64,000 nt of DNA from a virus, in IMG/VR virus record IMGVR_UViG_3300027901_000001; one strand, 5' to 3'. Position 1 is the stretch's first letter. Each line of letters opens with the position of its first letter. Under the pieces are notes generated by a model. That model saw only the letters and a list, made by a program, of their open reading frames with translations, did no database searches and was not told the DNA's origin. Shown piece after piece: positions 27,523-38,777 of this stretch. The position numbers and the translations under genes are program-made.

Positions 27523-27976
27523 ATCGATCCTTCAGCTCCTGCAACAGACGCTCGACCTCTTTCCGGGTTTCGGCGTGCAGATGCATCTTGTCCTTGTTCT
27601 TCTCGTACCAACCCCACACGTCAATCTTCCCGGTGATGGCCCGACCCGCGCCTACCCAGTCAGCCACCATCTCCAGCATCTCATCATGCGGCATCTCCAG
27701 GGCGTCTACGGTGCCGTTGTCACGTCTTAGGAGCCAAAATTGCCAATGGTGCGGATTGCGATGTTGATGGAAAAGCCACGCCCGGTCGAACGCTTTTTTC
27801 ACCTCCTCCGTCGCCTTTGGACCGAAAAAGTTGTCCCGGTAAGGTGCCCATTCGTCTTTCTTGAACTTGCTGTTGTCGTGCACCAGGCCGCGCCGGATGA
27901 TGCCCAGCCGAACGCACTGAACGAACACGAACCACTTGTGCCGAAGCACGTACCAGAGGTATCGCAGGTTCCTCAT
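27497..27976 (-). CDS. DUF5662 family HD-like protein (start MRNLRY)
   Basis: HKWFV..HDNSKF..HQHRNPHHWQFW..EMVADW. Confidence 0.82.
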   Translation of the reverse strand: MRNLRYLWYVLRHKWFVFVQCVRLGIIRRGLVHDNSKFKKDEWAPYRDNFFGPKATEEVKKAFDRAWLFHQHRNPHHWQFWLLRRDNGTVDALEMPHDEMLEMVADWVGAGRAITGKIDVWGWYEKNKDKMHLHAETRKEVERLLQELKDRYDRPIQSQ

Positions 27977-28890
27977 TTCACCATCTCCGCGTACCAATCC
28001 GTCCGAACCTCGATCCGGAATTCTCCTTTCCCCTTCGTCCCTTTAACCTCCACCACGTCGCCGTCCTCCAGGCCCCACTCCTCAGCAAAACACGAAGCCG
28101 CGTCCACCGGATCGAGAGCCTCCGTGACCCTCCACCGCTTGGTGCCCTTCTTCCGGCAAGAGTAGGTCTTGATCTCAGCCACGGGACTTCTCCTCCCGAC
28201 GCGCCACGATCATCGTGTCCGGCAGCTTGATCTTCAGCGCCTTCAAACGCTTCCGCAAATCTTCTCTCGGTCCCGCCGCCGCCCAGCCGTAGGTTTCCTG
28301 CACCCACTGTTCGGCCTCCGCGATGAGCTGCAACCGCGTCGCCGTCTCCACCTGGAGGTCACGCGCTCCGCGCCTCCCTTCGACCTCTGCCAGCCTGAGC
28401 GTTGTCTTCGCCAGCATCTCGTCCAGCCACGCCGCGCACTGCGGACAGTGGCACGGATGGCCCTTCTTCCACGTATCGGTGCCGCACAGATTCCCTGTTA
28501 CCTCGCACCACCTGTACCCGTTTTCGCTCACGACTTTTCTTCCTTGGCCACTACCCCGATGTCCTCCAGTTTCTTCAGCAGCTTTTCCATCTTACCGATC
28601 GCGCACGTCTCCTTGTGCGCGGTGCCCTTGCAGAGGTCGCACTTCCGCACCCCGGCAATCTCGTAGGACGCCTGGGCCACGATATCGCGGACGACCTTGA
28701 CGACCATCGCCGACGCCTGCTTCCCCAGCTCCTCCTCCGACATCTTGGGAAAGTAATAGGTCCACGTATGGCCGTCCATGCACACCATGTCGTAGTAGAC
28801 CCCATGCCAGCCCCAGATGATTCTGGATTGCTCGACGCTACAGAACGGACACGGCCCGAACTGGTCAGTAGGGGCGTTCTGGCCGGTCAT
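27973..28890 (-). CDS. Three small hypothetical genes (27973..28182, 28175..28531, 28528..28890)
   Basis: Tiled ORFs, two with Cys clusters. Confidence 0.6.
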
Positions 28891-28902
28891 AACGACTCCT
28901 TA

Positions 28903-28940
28903 TCTGGTCAAAGTAATACGGTCAGAAGGCTTTGTCAATC
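28903..28940 (-). promoter_or_regulatory. Sigma70-like promoter P4 (38-bp repeat copy A)
   Basis: TTGACA-17-TACTTT; 33/38 identical to 33809-33846. Confidence 0.75.
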
Positions 28941-29332
28941 CGGGGCCGCCGGGCTCTCTGCACCCGGTTTAGTCGATCAATTTCGGCCGCAATAAGAGCC
29001 CCGGCCTTCACCAGCAGGTCCAGGCGTTCCTCGTAGGTGTAGGTCGCCGGATCCGCCGGGTCACCGATCGGAACACCGGCTGGATGCGGATCCTCACGGT
29101 CCTCTCCGTAGAACCTTCGTTTGTCCCACTTCATTTCCCAGCTCTCCGGCCACGGGTCCTCAAAGGTAACCGTTGTCCCGCAAGCGATCTTGAAAAGCCT
29201 GACCGGCGTGGCGTAGCAGACGGCCGCCAGCGCCAACGAGCCGTCCGTGTGCTCGTCATCGTGTTCGGCGTCCCAGCCTTCCCCTTCAATCTGCCTTTTC
29301 CGCTCTCTTGCGATCAGCTCTGCCCCTGTCAT
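28922..29332 (-). CDS. Conserved phage hypothetical protein
   Basis: IARERKRQIEGEGWDAEHDDEH..LALAAVCYA..LVKAGALIAAEIDRL. Confidence 0.8.
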   Translation of the reverse strand: MTGAELIARERKRQIEGEGWDAEHDDEHTDGSLALAAVCYATPVRLFKIACGTTVTFEDPWPESWEMKWDKRRFYGEDREDPHPAGVPIGDPADPATYTYEERLDLLVKAGALIAAEIDRLNRVQRARRPRIDKAF

Positions 29333-30755
29333 CGCCGCCTCCATTCTCCTTCACTAGATTCTTCATAGAGGGCAGTATTTCAGCCCATTCCGCAAGTGCT
29401 GTCGCCGCTTTTCGCGCTGAAACACCCAAACGCGCAAACGCCCGCATTCCCCGGTTCACCTGCACCTTGAATTTGAACCTCCGGAACCGCCTGTCCCAGT
29501 CGTCCATCAATCGCCCTTCTTCTTCAGCTCTCGGATCAGCCCACGCATGATCCTGATGGCATCTTGCAAAACAGTCGGAGGCACGGGCACGGTGGCCGTC
29601 TTGCGGCTCGCCCACTTCGTGCCCGTCAACCACCGAAGGAAATCCTCCGCCTGCTTTATCCAGTTGGGGTCCTCATCCTCCCAGGACTCCAGCTTCACAC
29701 GCCGGTCCAGGTCCGCCAGGTCCACGGTCACCGCACCCTCCGGATACAACGCAAACTCGTACAGCTCCTTGCCATCCGATATCAGCAAGAACGTGGCGCG
29801 CTTGCCGTCCACCAGGACACGCTCACCGAGCTGGAGCGCCTTCGCCACTTTCGAGGCCCTGTATGTCTGCGCCCACCCCATCAGCGGTTCATCGCAGCGA
29901 TGCCACGCACGATGTCGGACAGCTTGTACGGCCTGGTCAGCCGCAGCTCGCCCGGATTGCACACGCGCTCCAACTCCTCCACCCTGGCGCGCACGATGTC
30001 CAGGGCCTCCGCATCATTGCGACCCTCGCCCTTCACGGCCAGGTCGCCCTTGGTGAGCAGCCAGAAGGTGAAGCCCTGGTCGTCCAGCCGATAGTCGCTG
30101 TGCACGGCCACGGTCCAGCCCATGAACCGCAGATCGCTCGGATCGCCGCGCTGGGCCACGTCGATTTCAACGCGGTCCTTGTCCATCTGCGCACACATGG
30201 CGTTGGCAAACCAGCCGACCATCAGGTCCGGGTCGATCTGCTCCAGCGTCCAGCGGTTCTTCTTTTTGAGCCGCTCGAATTCCGCTGCCCAGACCGTAGC
30301 GTCGGTCGTTTCGAGCAGGTTCACGTCGTCTCCCGTGGCCGGTTCCGGCTCCGCGACCTCGCGCACCGCCACCTCCGGCTGGCACGGCGAGATATCGTTT
30401 TCGACCTCGATACCGGAGTGCCGGATGGCACGCTCCAGATCGGCAAATCCGACATCGCCGGTATCCTTATGGTGCAGGTGCTCCCACACCCTGATTACCT
30501 CTGACAGCTTCAGCTTCGTCATGGCCCCTCCTTCTGCGCCGCCGGTACATCGTGCTTGCCGCACACCCGGCAGATGTTGGTCTTGTCGCGGCCCATAATG
30601 TCTCTGAAATAGGTCTCCGGATGGTCGCACACCGCCTGAATCGCCTCCGTTAGCTTCTTGTTGTAGGCCAGCTTCAGGTCCAGCAGCCGCCGCTCCTCTC
30701 GCAAGGCCCGCATCTGGGCCTCAATCTCCTCCCTGGTGGTCGGCATCTCGGGCAT
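29286..30755 (-). CDS. Run of small hypothetical genes (within ORFs 29286..29633, 29507..29962, 29881..30522, 30519..30797)
   Basis: Tiled minus-strand ORFs; true starts internal. Confidence 0.5.
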
Positions 30756-31696
30756 CATCCACCCCCGGCCTGGTTCTTGTAGGGAAACGCCGGACACTCG
30801 TACTGCCCCTTTTCGGCAGTCCGAAGACGGCAGTCGTCTGCCGCCTCCAACGCCTGTTGGAGTCTGTTTTCGAGCTTTCCGTGGGCTACCGCTACTCTAT
30901 CGAAAGCCGTGTTTACCGTGAACAACTCGGCCCGCGCCTGCTCCAGCTCGATTTCGAGCCGCTCGACCTTCCTGTCCTTGGACCGTAGCTCGACCGCCTC
31001 GTCAAAGCTCCAGTCGGCGATCAGCTCGCGCAGTTCCTCCAGTTCCTCATGGGTGGTAGTGAGCTGGTCGCCTTCGACCCTTACGTGCTCGTGCCACCAG
31101 GCCCGGATGGCCTCCCGCTTGTCAAACTCGGCATGGTAGGCCCGCTCCATCTTGTCGCGTTCCTGCGTCACCGCATCCATCGTCTGCTGCGAATAACCGG
31201 TCCCAGCATCGTCCAGTTTCTTCAATCGCGCTAGAGCCTCTTCTCGTTCCAGCTCCGCCTGCCGCGCCAGGTCGTTCTGCTGGGCCAGCACCTTGGCGTT
31301 GGCGGCGAGATCCGCCCGCGCCTTTTCAAGATCACGCCTGGGCTTACAGTGAAGATGCCCATCATTATCGCAAATCGCATCCTTACAACGAGCGCACATC
31401 TCCGTATTGAAGGCCCGCGCTTCCTTGAACAGGCGCAGTATCCGCTCCAGCTCCCTTTCCAGAGGGTAGGGGGCGCTATCATCGTCCGGCCGCCGCCTAA
31501 AGCTCAACACCGACAGCGCCTTGTCGAGCTGCTCCGGCAGGCTCATCCAGACGCCCAGCGTCGCCATCATCCGGTAGACGGTGTTCTGCGGCAGCGGCCC
31601 TTGCAGCTCCGCCTTCAGCAGGTCCTCGACCTCCTCCGGGGTCATCGGCCCTCGCGGATCACCTATCATCACCACCTTCTTTCCCACCCAAAACAA
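30755..31696 (-). CDS. Coiled-coil hypothetical protein
   Basis: 313 aa, heptad-rich, CARC..C..H..C. Confidence 0.7.
   Translation of the reverse strand: MFWVGKKVVMIGDPRGPMTPEEVEDLLKAELQGPLPQNTVYRMMATLGVWMSLPEQLDKALSVLSFRRRPDDDSAPYPLERELERILRLFKEARAFNTEMCARCKDAICDNDGHLHCKPRRDLEKARADLAANAKVLAQQNDLARQAELEREEALARLKKLDDAGTGYSQQTMDAVTQERDKMERAYHAEFDKREAIRAWWHEHVRVEGDQLTTTHEELEELRELIADWSFDEAVELRSKDRKVERLEIELEQARAELFTVNTAFDRVAVAHGKLENRLQQALEAADDCRLRTAEKGQYECPAFPYKNQAGGG
30829..30842. repeat. Near-copy of the palindrome (1 mismatch)
   Basis: GGCAGTCGTCTGCC. Confidence 0.7.
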
Positions 31697-32968
31697 TCAA
31701 TATATTTTCGATCGCTTTCTCTATTTGACCATCTTTCAAAAAGCCCCTCGCTTCATCGACAAGCCTATTCCGCGCTTGCCTACGCTCTTCCCTTTTAGTT
31801 ATGTTTTTATGCTTTTCCTCCCTCCTTTCTCTATGTATCCGACGCTGCTTTTGCCTTATCACTCCCTTCAACAATTTACGTTTTTCGACCATAAAACCGA
31901 GAGCCATACTAGCTCTCCGTCTTAGATCCCCGTCCAAATTTATATTCTGAGCAGTCGCCTGCGTAATCGCAATAGCACTCCCAATCTCGTTACCAACAGC
32001 GGCTACCTCATCAAAATTCATCTTCTCAATTTGTTCTAAAAACTCCTCTACTTTGCAGTGCTGCCACCAACTTTTTTCTTTCTTCCCATCAGGGCCTATT
32101 CTAAAAGTCACAGCCCTTTGTTCGGGAACGAAAACCCTTCGACGAGGAACTTCCGCCTCACCATTTGGCTTTTGAGAATCACCCGTCACTCTATCAGCTC
32201 CAGATGAGAGTCCGCCTGGTGCAGCCTGGAGCCGCACTTCGTACAGAAAACCACGGCCGACCCCTGCTGCCAGTCCTCCCGGTCCACCTCTGCCTCGCCC
32301 TCAGCACAGCACTCGTCCGGCTCATACCGATCGACGCCCTGCCACTTCGCCGGACCGACGTACATGCCGCAATACCACTTGACCCGGACAGTCTCACACG
32401 GTCGCTCCACGATCCCATCCGGAGGATGATGCACCGGACACCTGTGGTTATCCCCAGCAATCGCACCGTCCGCCGTCATCAGACACATGCAACCAGAGGG
32501 CGGTTGTTGAAAACGCGGAGCATTACCCATTGGATTGTGCCTCCAGGTAGCACTCCCAGCAGCGCATCCGATACCGCGCATATTGGCCTCCCTTGCGCCG
32601 CACCTCATGGCCGCATTCAAGCGTAAAAATCACCGAATGAGTCCCCCTCGGATGATTCTTGGTGCGGTACCGCCGCCGCCGGATAATCTCCCTGAGCGGG
32701 CGCTTGTCTCCCTTGACACCGCTCATGCCTGGTCCTTCTTTTCCTGAAGGTCCTCTCCGCATTCCACGCAAAGAAGCGCATGGCGTTGGAACACCTGCTT
32801 CCCTTCCTCGTTGACACGCCGCCCAGCCCGCATCGTTTTGCCGCCTCTGGGGATGAACTCTTCACAGCCGTCGCAGATCAAATCCGTCCGCGCCTGACGC
32901 CATTGAATCGTAATGTCGGCAACGTGTTCTTTGAGCCACGCCAGGCTCACCTTTGCCTTTTCAACCAT
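31659..32968 (-). CDS. Run of hypothetical genes (31659..32237, 32186..32620, 32523..32771, 32723..32968), several with Zn ribbons
   Basis: Tiled ORFs; CxxC pairs. Confidence 0.55.
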
Positions 32969-32983
32969 CCGCCAATTCCTCGG

Positions 32984-33529
32984 TCATAGTGCTCCGAACG
33001 GCTTGGACTTCTCGAACACTTCCTGCTGGGTTTCCCTGTACCAATCGGGGTACTTCTTCAGCATCCGTTCGCAGAAGGCCATGTCCTCAGACCGATACTC
33101 TGTCCCGCGCTTGCTCTCGATCCGCAGCCGCAAACACCTCTCGGCATCCGGCAACGGGGGGCGCGGGTACGCCAGCAGCTTCCAGTGTGGAAACGGCCGC
33201 TCCTCGCTCCGGTCCCACCACCGATACCGGCACCCCTGGAAGCCCCGGATCCGCTGGTCGATGGTCACGGCCACCGCCCCGCCCCGACGCACCAGGACGT
33301 ACCCACGTATATGGGGATTCTGCCGGATGCAGACCAGCGGCGCGTACCCGATAAGGTGACCATCGTAGACCACGTACACCCGGTCGCCCGCGTCGAGATT
33401 CCTGGGCGGCCGACCGCCCATGTACCAGCCCCACTCGGTACCGGAGTAGGGCGCGCCTGCCGGGTCGCCTTCCGCGATCCAGGCCGCGAGCCCGAAACTC
33501 TTGGGTAGCGTGACTACGACATCAGCCAT
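32984..33529 (-). CDS. Hypothetical protein (PUA/ASCH-like N-terminus, tentative)
   Basis: AGDRVYVVYDGHLIGYAP..RGFQGCRY. Confidence 0.65.
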   Translation of the reverse strand: MADVVVTLPKSFGLAAWIAEGDPAGAPYSGTEWGWYMGGRPPRNLDAGDRVYVVYDGHLIGYAPLVCIRQNPHIRGYVLVRRGGAVAVTIDQRIRGFQGCRYRWWDRSEERPFPHWKLLAYPRPPLPDAERCLRLRIESKRGTEYRSEDMAFCERMLKKYPDWYRETQQEVFEKSKPFGAL

Positions 33530-33809
33530 CCGGCTCCCCCTCTCTACCTTCCAACCTCTTCAGTTCTTCCTTGTCGGCCGCCAACAACTTCTGGTGCGAC
33601 TCCTTCAGCTTCTTGTAGTGCTCCAGGCGCTCGGGGTCGCGCCAGATTTCCTCGATGGCGTTCGCCACCTGCGGGACCCGACCGAAGCCGTGCATCTCGC
33701 ACAACCCCAACAGTTCCCGGATCATCTTCTTGTCGTGCTCCTCCCCCCGACTTCCCGGCGGGTACAGAACCAGGGCGTCGTAGAGGTCGGTGATTCGCGG
33801 TCTCTCCAT
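33522..33809 (-). CDS. Hypothetical protein
   Basis: 95 aa, directly after P5. Confidence 0.65.
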   Translation of the reverse strand: MERPRITDLYDALVLYPPGSRGEEHDKKMIRELLGLCEMHGFGRVPQVANAIEEIWRDPERLEHYKKLKESHQKLLAADKEELKRLEGREGEPDG

Positions 33810-33846
33810 CTGGTCAAAGTAATATGGTCAGGAAAGTTTGTCAATC
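33809..33846 (-). promoter_or_regulatory. Sigma70-like promoter P5 (repeat copy B, leaderless candidate)
   Basis: TTGACA-17-TACTTT-6 nt-ATG. Confidence 0.75.
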
Positions 33847-34481
33847 AGCCTAAATTCGAGCACCCAAACCCAGAGATTCGACTCCCAGGGGAAGCCGCGC
33901 CGCTCGTTCAGCAGGTCCCAGGTCATCGCATAGGCCCCAACCACATCGCCCTCCACGGCCTTATCCGCAACGCCTTCCGCGATGGCGTCCGCCTCGGAGA
34001 TGGCCTGGAGCCGCTCAACCCGGATGCCGGTCAGCTCCAGCGTCATCCGGCTGGCCCACCGGGGCATGAAACGCGGAGATTTCCACGGGCCGCGATGCCC
34101 GCTCTTGAACCACGGCTCATTTATCGGCTGCCCGTTGTGCTCATGGCGACACATCAAATCGGCCTTGTAGTGCGCCCACCGAAACGGGTTTTTCTTGTCC
34201 CAGTCCGAATACCAGGTCTCGCGTACCCAGATGCGGTCGCCCGGCTGGTAAGGACAGAACTGCGCCATCGGCACCGTCACGTCCCGGATGCCATCGGCCC
34301 ACGAAGCCTTTAAGCGTCTCCAGGAGCCGTCCGGGAGCTTCTCCGTGATAAAGGGCCATTCCCAGGTCCGGCCCTCCACCAGGACCGGCTGAGCGCTTAT
34401 CACACGCCGGGTCTGGGTCTTGGCCCCGGACAGAAGACCGGGAATCGACTCCCCGGTGAAGATGAGACCGCGCTCCTTCAC
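33828..34481 (-). CDS. ASCH/PUA-like phage protein, paralogue 2
   Basis: KERGLIF..LLSGAKTQTRR, PGDRIWVRETW, WKSPRFMPRWASRMTLE, ERLQAISEADAIAEG, WVWVLEF. Confidence 0.85.
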   Translation of the reverse strand: MKERGLIFTGESIPGLLSGAKTQTRRVISAQPVLVEGRTWEWPFITEKLPDGSWRRLKASWADGIRDVTVPMAQFCPYQPGDRIWVRETWYSDWDKKNPFRWAHYKADLMCRHEHNGQPINEPWFKSGHRGPWKSPRFMPRWASRMTLELTGIRVERLQAISEADAIAEGVADKAVEGDVVGAYAMTWDLLNERRGFPWESNLWVWVLEFRLIDKLS

Positions 34482-35382
34482 CTGTCCCCTTCATCCTGCC
34501 GCTCAGCAGCCACCAGTTCATCGAGTTTGTCATCCCCTTGCAAGGCAGTCGACTGCCCCTGCTCGAAATCCACCTGGTCGGCCTCCAGGGCGAATGTCAG
34601 CTCCCGGACCCGGCCCTCCAGGACCTTGATATAGTCGGCGGCGATGTGGCCGTGGGGGTCCTCCGATACATCGTAATCGGCCTTCAGGTCGCGCAGCTCC
34701 TGGTCGGTAGGAAACGGCATCGCGCCCCGGACCGCCGCGTCCCATATCTTGACCGGTACGTGGAACGTGTAAAAGCGAGCACAGCCGGACCGATGCTCCG
34801 CCACTCGCAATAGCCCGGTATTGGGTTCCTCCAAAACAAAAATGACCTCGTATTGCCTGTCGCCGATTCTCAGCTTGTCACCCAACGTGGCCATTACTTC
34901 TCCAACTCTTTCAATATTCGTTCCTGGGCCTCCCGAACAGCCGTGGCCGCTTCCGTTTCCGTCAGCTTCAACGCTGCTATCTCCTTTACCGCGTCCAATG
35001 AACGAGAGACGTGTTTCTCCAGCGCCTTCTGAAAAGCCCCGGCCCTGAATGCCAGCTCGCGTACCCGGCCTTCCAGCGCCTGAACATACTTTTCCGAGTC
35101 TTCCCGTGCGAACGAGAGATTGTCGCTGGAATTCCAGGTGTGAGCCTCAAACTCGCCCTTCAGCTTCGCCAGCTTCTCAATCGAAATTTCGGCAGGAAAA
35201 GGAGCCGCTCCCTGGACCGCTGCGTCCCACAGCTCGACCGGTACCAGGAATTGATGGTCCTCGGGAGTCTTCACCGTGACGAACCGGTCCTCCCCGGTAT
35301 CGAAATCACCAAGGGAGACCACCTCGAACCGCCTGCCGTTGATCGTTACACTGTCCCCTCGTTTGACCATCGCCCACCTCAA
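34478..35382 (-). CDS. Two related hypothetical proteins (34478..34894, 34894..35382)
   Basis: Both contain PVxxWDAAVxGAxPFP and YxxxLEGRVRELxF. Confidence 0.7.
34544..34557. repeat. Dispersed palindrome copy 5
   Basis: Exact (GQSTA). Confidence 0.95.
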
Positions 35383-35609
35383 TCCGGCAACTTAGAGCCG
35401 TGTTCTTTCTGCCATCGCCACATTGCGCTAGCCAACAAGCGCGCCTCCCGTACCTTGTCAGGGTCCACGCCCTCTATCTCGGCATAAGCGGCCCACACCT
35501 GAACGGCCATCGGAGCCAGCTTGTCCCGCGCCCGCAGCACAAATACGGGCTCGTCATCGGCCACCTTGGACAGACAGCCGCCCTTCAGTTCCTCAGCTCT
35601 CGTACCCAT
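35379..35609 (-). CDS. Small conserved phage protein
   Basis: DDEPVFVLRARDKLAP. Confidence 0.75.
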   Translation of the reverse strand: MGTRAEELKGGCLSKVADDEPVFVLRARDKLAPMAVQVWAAYAEIEGVDPDKVREARLLASAMWRWQKEHGSKLPD

Positions 35610-36239
35610 AGTCCCTTTCCTGTCTCCTTTCCGCCTTCTCTATCTGCTTCTCCCAGCTCTTGACGGCCTCCTTCGCCACATCACTGCGGCCCGCGTGGTA
35701 GCCCATACGGTAGGCCAGGACCGGAATCGCAGCCCCAATTACAACCAGGGCCGCCGTGACCAAATAGGTGATCATGGGTTGTCCCTCATCCACTTCGTGG
35801 CCTTGATCGCGTTCTCGGCAGCGCGAAGATTGCGGCGCTCCCTGCGACGGGCGGTGTCGGCCTTCACCGCCTCCCCGTACTCGCGCAGCTCACGCTCTTC
35901 CGGCGTCTCGGCCAGCTCCTCGACGGCACGGCGCGCCTTACCGATCTCGTCCATCGCGTCCTCGACCCGATTGTAGGATTTCTCCAAATGGTTGTGGACG
36001 CCGTACAGGTAAATCTCCAGGCGGTGAAGCTCGTCCGGACTGCAAGGGGTCAGCTCCGGCTTCGGGCATGAGCACTCCCCAACCATCTCTTCAAGGGTGT
36101 CGGCGCGGGCATCGTACCGCTCCCTCTCGATCGTTCGGTCCATGTACCTCTGCGCCAAAACCCAGAAAGTGAAGGCTGCCCCCGCGCTGGTAACCGCAAC
36201 CACCATCCAAAAAACGAATTTTGGGAGCTTGTTGTTCAT
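35593..36239 (-). CDS. Two membrane-anchored proteins (35593..35775, 35772..36239)
   Basis: N-terminal TM segments followed by helical regions. Confidence 0.6.
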
Positions 36240-36318
36240 GGCCGCCTACTCCAACACGAGAACTCCGACTGTGCAGCAGACAAGCGTGAACACCATCGAA
36301 AAAACGACCTTTGCGTGC

Positions 36319-37089
36319 CTACTCATCGCCGTCGCCCTCTTTCGGCCCAGAGGCGTTACTTCCGGCGATACGCTCCAGGAAATTCTCCGAATCGGCCCTA
36401 TTCACCATACCCAACCGGTGTAACATTTTTTCTCCGTCGCCCTTGTTCAGAACCAGCTCGCCCGCCAGACCGCCTCGGTTCCATATTCTTACCTTGTCAT
36501 GCACCCCTTCGGTCCTGAGCCGAGCACTGGTAAAAACCGGATGGTCAACGCCCACGAACTCCTGCTCCACCGGCTCTATCCTGGCCCCCAGCGCCGCCAA
36601 CATCTTGTCGGCCTGCATCAAATATCCCACCTGCTGCACCCGAAGTAAGTCGGCAAATCCCACAAGCATCAGCGCCTTCCATCCGTTGATGGCCAGCTCT
36701 TCCCTGCGAAGGGCATCCAGCAACTTTTGCGTCCACGGATCGCTCTGATCACGAGCGTTCAGGGAAGACAGGTGATTCGCCGCCAATTTCTCCAGACCGG
36801 GCATCACGTCGTTCTTCATCTGGTAACTCCAGATGTCGTGGGCCACAGCCGCCAATGGTGCACGGAATCCTTCAAAGGCGGTCAGAACCAAGCCCACGAT
36901 ACGCTCCGCGCAATCAGGACAGACATAAACGCCGCCCTCATCCTCGCCTATATCCCGGTCTTTCGGGTTCGGCGCGATGTCAAGCACCACCGGGGAATGG
37001 GACTTACCGCAAAGGCTACAACGCCCGCTAGCCCATTGAACCCCCGGCGGTGGGCTTGCCGTTTTCGGTACCAGCATCACCTTCTTCAT
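36319..37089 (-). CDS. Hypothetical protein with ClpX-type-like Zn finger
   Basis: CSLCG...YVCPDC. Confidence 0.65.
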   Translation of the reverse strand: MKKVMLVPKTASPPPGVQWASGRCSLCGKSHSPVVLDIAPNPKDRDIGEDEGGVYVCPDCAERIVGLVLTAFEGFRAPLAAVAHDIWSYQMKNDVMPGLEKLAANHLSSLNARDQSDPWTQKLLDALRREELAINGWKALMLVGFADLLRVQQVGYLMQADKMLAALGARIEPVEQEFVGVDHPVFTSARLRTEGVHDKVRIWNRGGLAGELVLNKGDGEKMLHRLGMVNRADSENFLERIAGSNASGPKEGDGDE

Positions 37090-37255
37090 GCTCCTTCTCC
37101 TTCAAGAAATCGCCGCCTACTTTAGCGATAAAATCATGGACCGCCTGCCGAATGAGCACGGCCACAGGAATCCTGGTGCGCTTGCTCAACTCTCTGAGCT
37201 TTTCGACCTGCTCCGGCTCGAAATGGCAGGTGTATATCTTCTTCTTACGTCCCAT
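37028..37255 (-). CDS. Ribbon-helix-helix DNA-binding protein (start MGRKKK)
   Basis: IYTCHFEPEQVEKLRELSKRTRIPVAVLIRQAVHDFI. Confidence 0.8.
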   Translation of the reverse strand: MGRKKKIYTCHFEPEQVEKLRELSKRTRIPVAVLIRQAVHDFIAKVGGDFLKEKEHEEGDAGTENGKPTAGGSMG

Positions 37256-38777
37256 TCTCCGGGTCTCTCGCCTCCTCCATACCGCCGACAGCATCGGACA
37301 GGTCGTTCATGTACTTCGCAATCTCGGCCATGCGCCGGGGCAAATTCTCGGTGGAAGTAGATTCAAGGCTCTGGATAGCTTCCCACAAACTGGCTATCGC
37401 ATACTCGGCCGCCTCGGGATCGACCCGCGCCGCCAGCTCCTCGATGGTCGGCTTCTCTTCTGGCTCGCGCACCAGCCTCAGCGCGGTCAGCTTCTTGATG
37501 TCCGGGATGAGGTGCTCGGAATAGGTCAGCCGCCACTGTCCCGGCCCCATCTCCTCCAGATAGATGCGACCCATCCCTTCCGTGATCTTGTACTTGACCC
37601 CGGTGACTTTCCTCAACTCCAGAATAGGAAGCCCAGTGCCCTCCAGCTCGATTCCCTTCAGCATCCTTTACTCCTTCAACCGGACCAGAACCTCATGCTT
37701 TTTCAGCGGACAGTCCCTCAGCACCTCCTCCTTCGTCATATCCGTCATGTAGGTTGGGCAAACAGGACCGGGATATTCCCCGCCCGATCCCCACCCGAGA
37801 CAAATCCGCTCGCCCTCATCGAACCGAAAAAAAGGACAGTTGCAAAAGACAACATCCTCGTCATCTTCATCGTGATCCGACCCGCACTGGGCCTCCAGAA
37901 TCTTTGCCGTTCCGCTTCTCAGAACTCCCATTATCGACCTCCAAGGGTTGCGGTTTCCAGGGACGGCGTGAGCAGATCGCCGCCAACGCCGTACTCCGGA
38001 TTGTCCCACTTGAACAGCAAGGCACTCCCCTCACCCAGTACCCGAAACCCTGGCATGTGGTCACCATCCACGGTCACCATGTCCATCTGGTAGTACCGGT
38101 ACCAGAGGTTCCTGATGATCCGCTCCACGTCCTCGCACACCTGCTCGGTCAGCGGCTTACCACGGTACCGGCGCGTCTCCTGATCGATGAATTCGTCGAA
38201 CGCCTCCATCTTCTCCAGGTCGTCACGGAAAGCACGTCGCACCGCCAGCGGATAGGCCACGTTCTTGGGAACGATGCCTCGAAGGATAGCCCGTTTCAAA
38301 GCCTCCTTCAGCGGTTCGAGATTACCCACCAAGGGAAGGCCAGACGTGTAATCTCCCGGCCGGTCGCCATACCGAACGATCACTGTCTTCTCTCCCTTCG
38401 AGTCCCAGTGGACATAGAGATCCTCGCCTTTATATGTCCCCAAAAAATGGCATTTCAGGCAATTATCATGCCGATATTTCGGTTTCTCTTCAGGCATCGG
38501 CCGCGCCTTTCTTAAACAACTCGACCGCTCTCTCGACCCCTATACCCTCTTCATCCAGGTACCAATCACCACCCCACGCTCCGGCGTTTTTCCTCCTGCC
38601 CACCTCGAACTCCTCCCCCACTTCAGAGTCCTTAACTATCGGGCTCGGCAGGACCATCCGTACACACCGAAGGCGCAGCTTCGTCCACTTCTCGTCCGAA
38701 AGGTCCTCCACCACCTCCACAGCGATAATGCCACCCTCCTCATGGTAGAGACCCACCCTCTTTCCGTTGATGATCAC
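37245..38777 (-). CDS. Run of hypothetical genes (37245..37664, within 37668..38009, 37931..38497, 38490..38777)
   Basis: Tiled ORFs. Confidence 0.6.

Noticed and set aside
33870-33895. ATTCGACTCCC resembling a tRNA T-loop
   Set aside because: Lies in the ASCH-like CDS (WESNLW); no acceptor or anticodon stems.
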